Shown here: positions 1-7,971 of the stretch, in pieces
Layout of the letters: each line of letters opens with the position of its first letter
How positions within the stretch are numbered: the stretch's first letter is position 1
Source: a virus
Lineage: Duplodnaviria; Caudoviricetes
Length of the DNA stretch: 27,471 bases
Virus record (IMG/VR): IMGVR_UViG_3300048598_000250
Location: 1-27,471 of that record
Strand: one strand, 5' to 3'
The notes under the pieces: generated by a model
What the model was told of the DNA's origin: nothing
Databases searched by the model: none
Seen by the model: the letters and a program-made list of their open reading frames with translations, nothing else
Program-made: the position numbers and the translations under genes

Positions 1-1148
1 TACACAACGTTCCCTTCAGTGGTTTCGAGGTGCCCTTCGGCCGCCCACTTGTCGTACATCACATGGTCGCGCCGCACACGAAGATCCATCATTTCCTCCG
101 GGATCCAGAAGAACGGGAGCACGTAGTACGGCTCGTCATCGTCCTCGGGCGGAAACACCAGCACGATTGTGGTCAGGTCGCTTGTGCTCGAGAGATCGAG
201 CCCGGCGTAGCACTCCCGTCCCTCCAAATAAGAGCTGTCGACCGGCACGTTGCATTCGTCCCACCGATCCATCGGCATCCAACGCACCGATTGCTTGACC
301 CACTGGTTCAGGCGCAGCTGGCGAAAGATATTCTCATCGGCCGGGGTCTCTTTCGCCTTTCGATAAGCGTCACGCACCTTCTCGATGTCGATCGTGATCC
401 CAAGGCTCGGATTTGCCTTGTACCAGTTCGCTTCATCCTCCCAGTCCTCGGTCTCGGCAAGGCCGAAGATCACCGGGTAGAAGCGTGGGTCTATCTTGCG
501 CTGCTCGAGGATGTCAAGTGCTTTTTGATGAACCTCCCAGCAGATGCTATTCCGATCGGTTCCGGCCGTAGTCAAGAAGAACCACAGTGGCTGTTTGCGC
601 GCGTCGCCGGAGCCCTGCGTCATGACGTCGTACAGCTTCCGGGTCGGTTGCGTGTGAAGTTCATCGAAGATGCATCCGGAAACGTTCAGGCCGTGTTTGG
701 TCGCGACTTCCGAGGAAAGCACCTGATAAATGCTGCCTGTCGGCGCATACACCATCCGCTTTGTGGACGGGATCACCTTGATGCGCTTTTTCAGAACCGG
801 GTTTTGCCCGACCATGTCATCCGCGACGTCAAAAACGATCGATGCCTGTTGGCGATCAGAAGCGCACGAGTAAACCTCTGCCTTCCATTCGCTGTCATTG
901 CACAGCATGTTCAGCGCCAGGGCCGCGCCGAGCTCCGACTTGCCTTGCTTCTTTGGAATCTCGATGTACGCGCTGGTGTATTGCCGAATGTCCGGGTTTT
1001 CATCGCGCACCGTCCCGAATACGTCTTGGATGATCTTCGCTTGCCAGCCCAAAAGGTTAAACGGCTTGCCGTGAAATTCGCCTTTCGTGTGCTTCAGGTT
1101 CTCGATGAACCGAACCACCCGCTCGGCTTTTTTTGCGTTGTATGCCAT
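1..1148 (-). CDS. terL: Phage terminase large subunit (3' end runs off the window)
   Basis: Hand translation from ATG 1148 (TAATG overlap with the terS stop): MAYNAKKAERVVRFIENLKHTKGEFHGKPFNLLGWQ... Walker A YIEIPKKQGKSEL, Walker B GCIFDELH, motif III LTTAG. The frame is open to position 1. Confidence 0.95.
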   Translation of the reverse strand, partial: MAYNAKKAERVVRFIENLKHTKGEFHGKPFNLLGWQAKIIQDVFGTVRDENPDIRQYTSAYIEIPKKQGKSELGAALALNMLCNDSEWKAEVYSCASDRQQASIVFDVADDMVGQNPVLKKRIKVIPSTKRMVYAPTGSIYQVLSSEVATKHGLNVSGCIFDELHTQPTRKLYDVMTQGSGDARKQPLWFFLTTAGTDRNSICWEVHQKALDILEQRKIDPRFYPVIFGLAETEDWEDEANWYKANPSLGITIDIEKVRDAYRKAKETPADENIFRQLRLNQWVKQSVRWMPMDRWDECNVPVDSSYLEGRECYAGLDLSSTSDLTTIVLVFPPEDDDEPYYVLPFFWIPEEMMDLRVRRDHVMYDKWAAEGHLETTEGNVV

Positions 1149-1630
1149 TAACCCCACTTCCCGTCAAGAAGCTCGGACATTTCATCCTTGTTGCCATCGG
1201 TGGCGTTCGCGATGTCTGCGCCGATTCGCGCGCGGGATGCGGGCGTAAGCCCGAACTCGGTGCAGAAGCTCTGCATGATCTTTAGGTTTTGCTGGGCGAT
1301 GGACACCTGTGGAACCTGCTGCACATACCCGGACGGAGTTTTGAATATGGATCCGTGCTGCGTGATGAATTCCTCTGCCTCGCGCCAGCGCGCGTATGCC
1401 TGGCAGTATCCGGCGAACGCTGAAATATCAGCGTTCGTCAGAATTCCAAGCTGCTCCATTGCTGGGGCCATTCTTTTCCACTCGCGTTTTGCGGCAGGAA
1501 GAAGCCATGTGGGACATTTCACCGCATCGGCAGGTGGCCGCGGCTCTTCTTTGTTGATCCGGCGTTTCCCGGGGTTTCCCTCGATCACCTTCAAGGCGGT
1601 CGGCTTCGGCTTTCGTCCGCGCGTTGCCAT
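1148..1630 (-). CDS. terS: Phage terminase small subunit, P27 family
   Basis: MATRGRKPKPTALKVIEGNPGKR N-terminus and FGLTPASRAR motif. AGGAGG RBS. Directly upstream of terL. Confidence 0.93.
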   Translation of the reverse strand: MATRGRKPKPTALKVIEGNPGKRRINKEEPRPPADAVKCPTWLLPAAKREWKRMAPAMEQLGILTNADISAFAGYCQAYARWREAEEFITQHGSIFKTPSGYVQQVPQVSIAQQNLKIMQSFCTEFGLTPASRARIGADIANATDGNKDEMSELLDGKWG

Positions 1631-1647
1631 ATGGCGCTCCTCCTTCT

Positions 1648-2907
1648 TTAAATATTGTTTTTAATTGCGGCCATTGCGTCCCCGTACGACAGCGCCTCGC
1701 CGTCGCGCAAAACCGTCACGCCGTCCGTGGATCCGTGCTCTGCGATGTACCGGTCAACGATCACGCTGGCGTACTTCGGATCAAGCTCCATTGTGTAGCA
1801 GATCCTGTCGGTCTGATCGCATGCGATCAACGTCGACCCGCTGCCTCCAAACAGGTCGAGCACTACGCCGTTCGGCGCCGAGCTGTTCCTGATCGGGTAT
1901 GCCAGCAGCGGGATCGGCTTCATCGTTGGATGGTCCGCGCTGCGTTTCGGCTTGTCGAAGTTCCAAATGGTCGACTGCTTCCGATCCGAGAACCACTTGT
2001 GAGTCCCGTTCGGCAGCCACCCGTACAAGACCGGCTCGTGCTGCCACTGGTATGGGCTGCGCCCAAGAACCAGGGAGTTCTTCGCCCAAATGCACACGCC
2101 GCTGATGTGGAATCCTGCGTCCTTGAAAGCGCGCCGGAAGTTCAACCCCTCCGCGTCCGCATGGAATATGTAAGCGGAGCCACCTTCGGCCATGTGGGCG
2201 GCCATGTTTTTGAACGCCGCCAGCAGGAATTCGTAGAAGTTCCCGTCAGACATGCTGTCGTTCTGGATCTTCTTTCCGTCCGCGCTCTCGTACGCTACAT
2301 TATAAGGCGGGTCCGTCACGACGAGGTTGGCGCGCACCCCTGCCATGAGGAAATTGACGGCCTCTGCGTCCGTCGAGTCGCCGCACATCATGCGATGGCG
2401 CCCCAGCGTCCAAAGATCCCCGGCCTTCGCAAGCGGAGCGACTGCGTCCGGGTCCACGTCGTAATCGTCATCCTTGGCCTCAGATTTGTTGACGCTCGAA
2501 AACAGATCGTCGATTTCGGCTGCATCAAATCCCGTCGCGCCAAGATCGTACCCGCTCTGCTGCAGATCGGTCAGCAGATCCGCCAAAGCGACCGGCTCCC
2601 ATTCGCCCACCGCCTTGTTGAGAGCGATGTTCAGTGCCTTTTCGTCCGCCTGGTTCTCGATGTGAACCACGACGCAATCGATCTCGGTCGCGCCCTCGGC
2701 CACCAGCACTTTGTAACGCTGATGCCCACCGACGATGTTGCCGGTGACCTCGTTCCAAATGACCGGGTCCACATATCCGAAGTCGTTCAGCGACCTCTTG
2801 ATCTTCTCATAAGCCGGATCGCCCGGTTTCAGATCCTTCCGAGGGTTGTATTTCGCGGGCTTCAACCGGTCCGCCGGGATCCTCTGGATGTTCATTGCGG
2901 TATTCAT
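1648..2907 (-). CDS. ParB-like N-terminal domain fused to an N6-adenine/N4-cytosine DNA methyltransferase (beta-class order)
   Basis: LKPAKYNPR and IVGGHQR ParB motifs, then catalytic TDPPY before the SAM-binding DLFGGSGST. GGAGG RBS supports the ATG at 2907. Confidence 0.92.
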   Translation of the reverse strand: MNTAMNIQRIPADRLKPAKYNPRKDLKPGDPAYEKIKRSLNDFGYVDPVIWNEVTGNIVGGHQRYKVLVAEGATEIDCVVVHIENQADEKALNIALNKAVGEWEPVALADLLTDLQQSGYDLGATGFDAAEIDDLFSSVNKSEAKDDDYDVDPDAVAPLAKAGDLWTLGRHRMMCGDSTDAEAVNFLMAGVRANLVVTDPPYNVAYESADGKKIQNDSMSDGNFYEFLLAAFKNMAAHMAEGGSAYIFHADAEGLNFRRAFKDAGFHISGVCIWAKNSLVLGRSPYQWQHEPVLYGWLPNGTHKWFSDRKQSTIWNFDKPKRSADHPTMKPIPLLAYPIRNSSAPNGVVLDLFGGSGSTLIACDQTDRICYTMELDPKYASVIVDRYIAEHGSTDGVTVLRDGEALSYGDAMAAIKNNI

Positions 2908-2984
2908 CTTAATCCTCCCTGAATATCTGTCCATAATTGCCAAATATCAGCGCATATTTTGGCAATTTCTTGCACAGGGGGCAT

Positions 2985-3117
2985 AAATCCCCACCCCCTG
3001 AAAATCGCGGGCGTTCCCACGATAGGCTTGCGCGGTCTCCAATTTTTGCCCTGTAGAGATCCGATCCCCCCTCCCCCCAAGGGGCGAGGGGGGCCGGAGG
3101 GCTGAGGGGGGGCCGAC
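2985..3117. other. Candidate packaging-initiation (cos-like) non-coding region
   Basis: Non-coding, rich in G and C runs (minus strand GGGGGGAGGGGGGATCGGATCTCTACAGGG...), immediately upstream of the methylase-terS-terL block. Positional inference only. Confidence 0.4.
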
Positions 3118-3340
3118 TTCACTATGCGAAAGCCCACCTTGTCAGTATGTTTAGGTCAAGGTCGGTCGATCGAGCATATTACACAATTCGTGTTCTGTTT
3201 GTTGTGACATGTGCAGACTTAAGTTGTCATGGTGTTATCCGAATGGTAACGACTGCGGGGCACATTCGAGGTAAACTCACGGTGACCCTGAAGGTTGGGG
3301 GCGCGCCGCGGGTGGGAATCGCCGGGCCGAGGAGGACACC

Positions 3341-3559
3341 ATGGAAGGATACGTTGTAGCCAACCCGGGCTGGATGAACTACTCGCTGCACACGGATTGC
3401 TACCCTAAACCAAAGCGCATTTACTTTCGGAACCATGGCCACTCCTACCTCAAACACAACGGCGAGTGGGTGCGCGTGTACTTCAACTACTACTTGTTTA
3501 ACGCAGATGGACAGATCCCGATGCGCCTGAACTCAGACGGAGAATGGGAAATGGCATAA
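3341..3559 (+). CDS. Small hypothetical protein (72 aa, aromatic-rich), first gene of the opposite-strand cassette
   Basis: GAGGAGG RBS 5 nt before ATG. The stop is immediately followed by the hammerhead repeat. Confidence 0.75.
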   Translation: MEGYVVANPGWMNYSLHTDCYPKPKRIYFRNHGHSYLKHNGEWVRVYFNYYLFNADGQIPMRLNSDGEWEMA

Positions 3560-3560
3560 C

Positions 3561-3620
3561 CCCGCCTGACGAGCGCCGGGTCGCCCCCGGCCGAAACCGC
3601 CCACCACGGGCGGTCGCGGG
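3561..3620 (+). ncRNA. Hammerhead ribozyme, type I, canonical core
   Basis: Stem I CCCGC/GCGGG, core CTGACGA (3566-72), stem II G-C plus GCCGGG/CCCGGC, GAAA (3593-96), stem III ACCGCCC/GGGCGGT, GUC triplet with predicted cleavage after C3615. Confidence 0.88.
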
Positions 3621-3660
3621 AAGCCACCAGCTTCCAAATCAAACGGAGGAGGAATCTCGA

Positions 3661-3990
3661 ATGACCACCACCGAACGCCGCGCCGCCGCCGCGAAGGCAT
3701 GCGCTTACGAATCAAACGTCGCCTTCGCCGCTCGGACTCAAGCCGCCGCTTTCTCCGCGGAAGGCCGTCTCTACGAAGCCGCCCGCGCCGCCGACAAGGC
3801 AGCCTGCGCCGCCAAGTGCGCCGCCCAGGCCCACGACGAGCTTTGGGAAGCCGCGGGCGGTCTCTTGACCGCCGAGGAATGGGTCGCCTTCGAGGACGCC
3901 GAGCTCGCGCAAGGCGCCGCAGCCCAGGCAGGAGCCAAAGCCGCGGGCGCGGTGGCTTACGCCATCGCCGACCGCCTGAACCGCTTCTAA
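3661..3990 (+). CDS. Ala-rich helical hypothetical protein (109 aa)
   Basis: GGAGGAGG RBS at 3645-52, ATG 3661 (MTTTERRAAAAK). Flanked by hammerhead repeats. Confidence 0.75.
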   Translation: MTTTERRAAAAKACAYESNVAFAARTQAAAFSAEGRLYEAARAADKAACAAKCAAQAHDELWEAAGGLLTAEEWVAFEDAELAQGAAAQAGAKAAGAVAYAIADRLNRF

Positions 3991-3995
3991 ATCGC

Positions 3996-4053
3996 CCCGC
4001 CTGACGAGCGCCGGGTCGCCCCCGGCCGAATCCGGCCCCGGGCCGGTCGCGGG
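3996..4053 (+). ncRNA. Hammerhead ribozyme copy 2, with GAAA changed to GAAT
   Basis: Stems I and II and CTGACGA are identical to copy 1. Stem III differs but still pairs (CCGGCC/GGCCGG). GTC at 4046-48. T at 4031 replaces the conserved A15.1. Confidence 0.72.
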
Positions 4054-4095
4054 AAGCCACCAGCTTCCAAATCAAGCAGAGGAGGCACACACGCC

Positions 4096-4371
4096 ATGAC
4101 CAAGCAAGCCGCGTTTGCACGGTGGCAATCCGCCAACGAAGCGGCAGCCGATGCCAACGCACGAGCCACCACGCTACTCGAAACCGCCGCATGCGGCGAA
4201 ACTGCGAAAGATCGAGAAGCAGCACTCCGCGCGCTTCCGAAGGCCCTCGATGCCGCCCGCGCGGCAGTCGAGCTTTCATTCGATGCCGGACGCATCTATG
4301 AGGAAACGCCGGGCTCTCGCCTTCCGCGCTCCCACCACAAAGCGAAAGACCAGAGCGCACAGCACTCTTGA
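4096..4371 (+). CDS. Ala-rich hypothetical protein (91 aa)
   Basis: GAGGAGG RBS following the repeat, in the same cassette arrangement as the neighbours. Confidence 0.65.
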   Translation: MTKQAAFARWQSANEAAADANARATTLLETAACGETAKDREAALRALPKALDAARAAVELSFDAGRIYEETPGSRLPRSHHKAKDQSAQHS

Positions 4372-4392
4372 ATCAAGAGGGAGGAACACACC

Positions 4393-4590
4393 ATGGCAAA
4401 CCTGATCCGCGAATGTGATGATGTTGACCCGCACAACCCTGGGCGATATTCCGACCCCAACACACCCGTGTCCGACGAGTTGCTTCGGAATGCACTGGAT
4501 TGGATGAGCGGCATTCCAGACTTCGTAGAAACCTGCGACGCGATCCGCGAAGAACTTCTGGCTCGGTGCTCCCAAATCATACCCGCCTGA
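4393..4590 (+). CDS. Small acidic hypothetical protein (65 aa)
   Basis: GGGAGG RBS. Its TGA stop lies inside the CTGACGA of the third repeat. Confidence 0.65.
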   Translation: MANLIRECDDVDPHNPGRYSDPNTPVSDELLRNALDWMSGIPDFVETCDAIREELLARCSQIIPA

Positions 4591-4628
4591 CGAGTGCCGG
4601 GTCGCTACCAGACGGTCACGGGAATCCA
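4582..4628 (+). repeat. Degenerate third hammerhead repeat (internal deletion removing GAAA)
   Basis: CCCGCCTGACGAGTGCCGGGTCGC...CGGTCACGGGAATCCAC aligns to both ends of copy 1 but lacks about 17 nt including the 3' arm of stem II and GAAA. Confidence 0.7.
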
Positions 4629-4784
4629 CATGGTGCCCCGGCATGAGCCGGGGCCTTCTCTGCTCTGAAATCAAACGCGTTGCCGCGCTGCGTGCGGTCC
4701 CACCTCACCGTAACCACGCTGCCCACCGCCGAGGAGGGAGAGACCCCGACGGCGCCCCGGAACTTTGAAATCAAACTCGGCACA

Positions 4785-4813
4785 GAAAAGGCGGCCCCGC
4801 TTCGCGGCCGCCC
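4785..4813 (-). terminator. Probable intrinsic terminator or attenuator hairpin
   Basis: Minus strand GGCGGCCGCGAAGCGGGGCCGCC followed by TTTTCT. Confidence 0.55.
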
Positions 4814-4821
4814 ATCTATGT

Positions 4822-4865
4822 ATGATATCATTTTATGCCTTAAAAAGTAGCCTTTGGTAGCCTTT
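4822..4865 (-). promoter_or_regulatory. Putative activator-dependent (late) promoter
   Basis: Tandem AAAGGCTAC direct repeats with 10-bp period (4847-55, 4857-65) upstream of an extended -10 TGaTATCAT (4830-4822), with no -35. A RinA/ArpU-like gene lies nearby. Confidence 0.5.
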
Positions 4866-4895
4866 ACTACCCCCTCTGTCGATTTCACATTCTCG

Positions 4896-5081
4896 TCATT
4901 TTCCACCACTGCCGTCCGGCTTCTGAATCTTCTTCGTGCATTCTCCCACAAAACTCCCGCGCGCTCGGCCGGTGTCGTGGCAGTAATAACACGCCATCAC
5001 GGAGTATGTGTTGCTGCCCTTCAGCTTCTTGTAATAAATACACCCATAGCACGTCCTGTCGTTCACCAGCTTCTGAATCAT
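4896..5081 (-). CDS. Small Cys-rich hypothetical protein (61 aa)
   Basis: CxxC...CxxC motifs, ATGA overlap with the thyX stop. Confidence 0.6.
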   Translation of the reverse strand: MIQKLVNDRTCYGCIYYKKLKGSNTYSVMACYYCHDTGRARGSFVGECTKKIQKPDGSGGK

Positions 5082-6040
5082 AGCAACCCAGCTGCCACGG
5101 CTGCTTTATGGAACAGCTTCGCGCAAATCTGCATGTCCGGGTGTGCGTTTTTTGCATCGCGCAGCGCCAGCCAGTCGCGCCACCGCTCCGGGGTCTGGGT
5201 GATGACGATCTCCGTCTTGACCGCCTTCGTCAGGACCGCGCGCGCCGCCTGGGGCGGAGCTTCCACATTCGCGGCACGGAGGTGCTTGTAATGCTTCTCC
5301 GCCTCCAAACACGATACCTCAAACGCCGGGCCCCACACGGCTCGTGAATCTTCATCCGTCCACCACCACGGTTCAACAAACTGAATGTCCCCGCCGCCGT
5401 AGTCGCAGTACCGCGTGCTCTCCTGCGCGGGAGACAGGCACACCGCGGGCGGCTCTGCGTCGCGCTCGTAGTCCGCAGCCGCTATCCGATGGCGGAACGC
5501 CTCGAGGCTCACGCCCTCCGCGCACACGAAGCGCGCAGTGATAATCCCATGACGGGCGCGCTCGGATTCGGTCAACTCCGACTCATCTATGCGCGCCGAC
5601 GTTAAGTCGCCAATCGTCGTTTTTTTCACTTCGACGCCCGCAAACAGGTCGTCATCTCCGAAATTAAGCGACAGCCGCGCGTGCGGAAGGACGTCTCGCC
5701 ACGCACGCACGTTCCCCGAATAGATATCGCGATTCCCGTCCTGCGGCGTATATGTTCTCGTGTGCCGAAGCATGCTCGGAAGTCCTGTGGCTTCCATGTA
5801 CGCCCGGATTGCAATGTGCATTCTTGCGGCGCGCTCATCGTTGTGCCTGAACAACACAATGATGTTGCTGTGCTCGAGCATCGCCGTGTGGCCGCGCTTG
5901 ATCAGCATCTGGCAGAACGTCTGCGCCGTGCCGGGGGCGATCTTGTCCTCACTTTTATAGCATGTACGTCCGGCGATCTCTATGCGCTTTGCATTGTCAC
6001 GCTCCGAAATGATTTCAACGCTCGGTTTTATGATCTTCAT
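5078..6040 (-). CDS. thyX: FAD-dependent thymidylate synthase (divergent)
   Basis: IEIAGRTCYKSE, RGHTAMLEH, RHR...QESTRY, PQAARAVL and AHPDMQ motifs. AGGAGG RBS. Confidence 0.88.
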   Translation of the reverse strand: MKIIKPSVEIISERDNAKRIEIAGRTCYKSEDKIAPGTAQTFCQMLIKRGHTAMLEHSNIIVLFRHNDERAARMHIAIRAYMEATGLPSMLRHTRTYTPQDGNRDIYSGNVRAWRDVLPHARLSLNFGDDDLFAGVEVKKTTIGDLTSARIDESELTESERARHGIITARFVCAEGVSLEAFRHRIAAADYERDAEPPAVCLSPAQESTRYCDYGGGDIQFVEPWWWTDEDSRAVWGPAFEVSCLEAEKHYKHLRAANVEAPPQAARAVLTKAVKTEIVITQTPERWRDWLALRDAKNAHPDMQICAKLFHKAAVAAGLL

Positions 6041-6055
6041 CTTGGCCCGCCTCCT

Positions 6056-6217
6056 TTAAAAGAATCCGCCGATTTTTAGAAGCGCCATCCAGATCAGCAC
6101 CCGGAGCGCCTGTTTGGGGAAATTGTACTCTCCGACGTACAGTTCCCCATGCCGAACGACTGGATTCACCAGCGACGCAGCCATTATCCCAACAACAACC
6201 GCTTGAGCAATCGTCAT
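6056..6217 (-). CDS. Small hydrophobic protein (53 aa)
   Basis: Hand translation MTIAQAVVVGIMAASLVNPVVRHG...LLKIGGFF. ATGA coupling with the upstream gene and it fills the gap before thyX. Confidence 0.55.
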   Translation of the reverse strand: MTIAQAVVVGIMAASLVNPVVRHGELYVGEYNFPKQALRVLIWMALLKIGGFF

Positions 6218-6417
6218 TCTTCCACCTCCGGGTTCGCTTCGTTCCAGGCGGAAACCGCGCGATCGATCGCAACAGTGTCCTCTTCTTCACCCTCGAACGC
6301 CTCGTGCAGTCCGGTCGCGGTTTTGCACACCGGACACCGCACGCGCGCGTTGTACCCGTCCTTGTTGATCTCCGGGGTTCCGCCGCAGACGCGGCACGGA
6401 TTCAAAGTGTACTCCAT
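6214..6417 (-). CDS. Lar-family (restriction alleviation-like) Zn-finger protein
   Basis: LNPCRVCGG...RCPVC...AVSAWN signature. GAGGAGG RBS. Confidence 0.7.
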   Translation of the reverse strand: MEYTLNPCRVCGGTPEINKDGYNARVRCPVCKTATGLHEAFEGEEEDTVAIDRAVSAWNEANPEVEE

Positions 6418-6429
6418 GGATCTTCCTCC

Positions 6430-6918
6430 TCACACGATTCCAAAGTACCCGCACCCTGGGGCTGAATCATCCTTGTCGCTCGGCAGCGTGTCCAGCGCCT
6501 TCGCCAGCTGGCAGGATCGCTGCTCCTGTGCGTTGAGCCCGCACATCATGCAATGCTCGTGGATCGCTTCCGAGATCGGCTTGAGCGCCTCGAAGCTGAT
6601 CCACATGCCATACTCTTCATCGCGCTGGCCGTTCGCCACGCGCTTGGTCCCGACGGTATACGCCATGTACGGAAGGTTCCGCCGAAAAGTCTGAAGCTGT
6701 TCGCTCGGGATTGTCGCCATCAAGTGCTCGAACATCAACAGCGACATGGTCTCGAGGTGTCCGTACATCCGGGCGCCGTTCGGCACCAGATCAAGGCGTG
6801 AAGCAAGGAACTCCTTCTGCTTGTGCATGATGTCCACCACCGTCATGATCCGAAGGAGCGCCTCCCGCTCGTCCCCGTTCATGCGCTTGCGGGTGGTGTT
6901 GGGCGCGCTTTCGCCCAT
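6430..6918 (-). CDS. Hypothetical protein
   Basis: ORF with GGAGGTGGAG RBS before MGESAPN and C-terminal Cys motifs. Confidence 0.7.
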   Translation of the reverse strand: MGESAPNTTRKRMNGDEREALLRIMTVVDIMHKQKEFLASRLDLVPNGARMYGHLETMSLLMFEHLMATIPSEQLQTFRRNLPYMAYTVGTKRVANGQRDEEYGMWISFEALKPISEAIHEHCMMCGLNAQEQRSCQLAKALDTLPSDKDDSAPGCGYFGIV

Positions 6919-6920
6919 CT

Positions 6921-7112
6921 TCACTCCACCTCCTGCCGCGGGAGCTGCTGCCGTTCCCGGCAGGATGGGCACAGCGTCTTGCGGTCGCGGATATACCATC
7001 CCGCCGCGCGAAGGCTATGTATGAACGGCTTGCGGCCGTTCCCCTGCCACTGTTCCTGCCTCCGGCACCTGACACACTGACAAATCTGAATCTTGACCTC
7101 CCAAATCGCCAT
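6921..7112 (-). CDS. Small Zn-ribbon hypothetical protein
   Basis: CxxC...CPSC motifs, AAGGAGGAG RBS. Confidence 0.6.
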   Translation of the reverse strand: MAIWEVKIQICQCVRCRRQEQWQGNGRKPFIHSLRAAGWYIRDRKTLCPSCRERQQLPRQEVE

Positions 7113-7128
7113 AGTCAGCTCCTCCTTC

Positions 7129-7611
7129 TCACATCCGCTCCGGCGGGTATAATTTCAAATAATAATTTTGAATGACCCCGGAGGCCGGGCTTGTATCCAA
7201 AATGCGCTGCGCGGCCTTGAGCGCGCGGCCATGGAGCTTGAAAATGTACTGCTTCCCGACGTCGCCAAACTGGATCGATATCTGTGGCCATTGCCACTGG
7301 GCGAAGTAGCGCCAGTCGAGGACGTCCCGGTATCGGTCATCTGCGATCTTTGAAATCACGTCTTTGGCAAAATCGCGGTACGCCATTGCGCAATCGATCT
7401 CGCCTTGGAGGCGCTGCTCCAGGTCGATGTAACGAATAACCGCGTTCTCCACCCGGCTTGTTGGGCCGCCACCTCCGCGCGGCTCATCCGAATAGGAAGC
7501 CGTCACGCGCTCGGCCATCGCCTTCGCACGGTCGATCTCGTCGCATTTTGCTTCGATACGCGGGTCGATCCGAACGCACCCGCGGAAGAACTTCTTGGCG
7601 TCAATCTGCAT
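7129..7611 (-). CDS. RinA/ArpU-like phage transcriptional activator (sigma-70 region 4-like HTH)
   Basis: ...RGGGGPTSRVENAV...RYRDVLDWRYFAQWQWPQIS...IFKLHGRAL. Typical position after the nuclease. The start could be 7617. Confidence 0.8.
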   Translation of the reverse strand: MQIDAKKFFRGCVRIDPRIEAKCDEIDRAKAMAERVTASYSDEPRGGGGPTSRVENAVIRYIDLEQRLQGEIDCAMAYRDFAKDVISKIADDRYRDVLDWRYFAQWQWPQISIQFGDVGKQYIFKLHGRALKAAQRILDTSPASGVIQNYYLKLYPPERM

Positions 7612-7921
7612 TCTCATCCCTCCTGTTTGCTTGGTCGAGCAGCTGGAGCGCGTCCTCGACGCTGTACGCAACGCCCGCGATGCCGCCGTGTTCGTTGATC
7701 CGAGAGAGTGTGATCTTCTGGAGATCCGTCAGGCGCCCGACGCCCGGGCGTTTTACCTCGATCCCAAGGAACCGGCCGGTTCCCGGGGCGATCGCGATGA
7801 TGTCGGGCAGCCCGGACACCTGATACTGCCCTCCGTGGGTTTTTACCGCCCACACGCCGCGCTCTTTCAGCGCGCGCATGATCGCCGCGACGATGGTTTT
7901 TTCCAAAGGTGCGTTTTTCAC
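7601..7921 (-). CDS. VRR-NUC domain nuclease
   Basis: GLPDII...FLGIEVKRPG..LTDLQ PD-(D/E)XK motif. GTG start with GAGGGA RBS. Confidence 0.88.
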   Translation of the reverse strand: MKNAPLEKTIVAAIMRALKERGVWAVKTHGGQYQVSGLPDIIAIAPGTGRFLGIEVKRPGVGRLTDLQKITLSRINEHGGIAGVAYSVEDALQLLDQANRRDENAD

Positions 7922-7971
7922 TCTGTTCCCTCGTTTCTGCTGAATATCGTGCAAGGAATGTAAGACTTTCT

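Noticed and set aside
30-2922. Long plus-strand ORFs (30-1151, 1624-2922, also 22956-24383 and 25955-27190)
   Set aside because: They are antisense shadows of well-supported minus-strand genes in GC-rich DNA, with no recognisable motifs.
3280-3335. Fourth hammerhead upstream of the first cassette gene (CCCTGAAGG...)
   Set aside because: It lacks CUGANGA, GAAA and matching stems.
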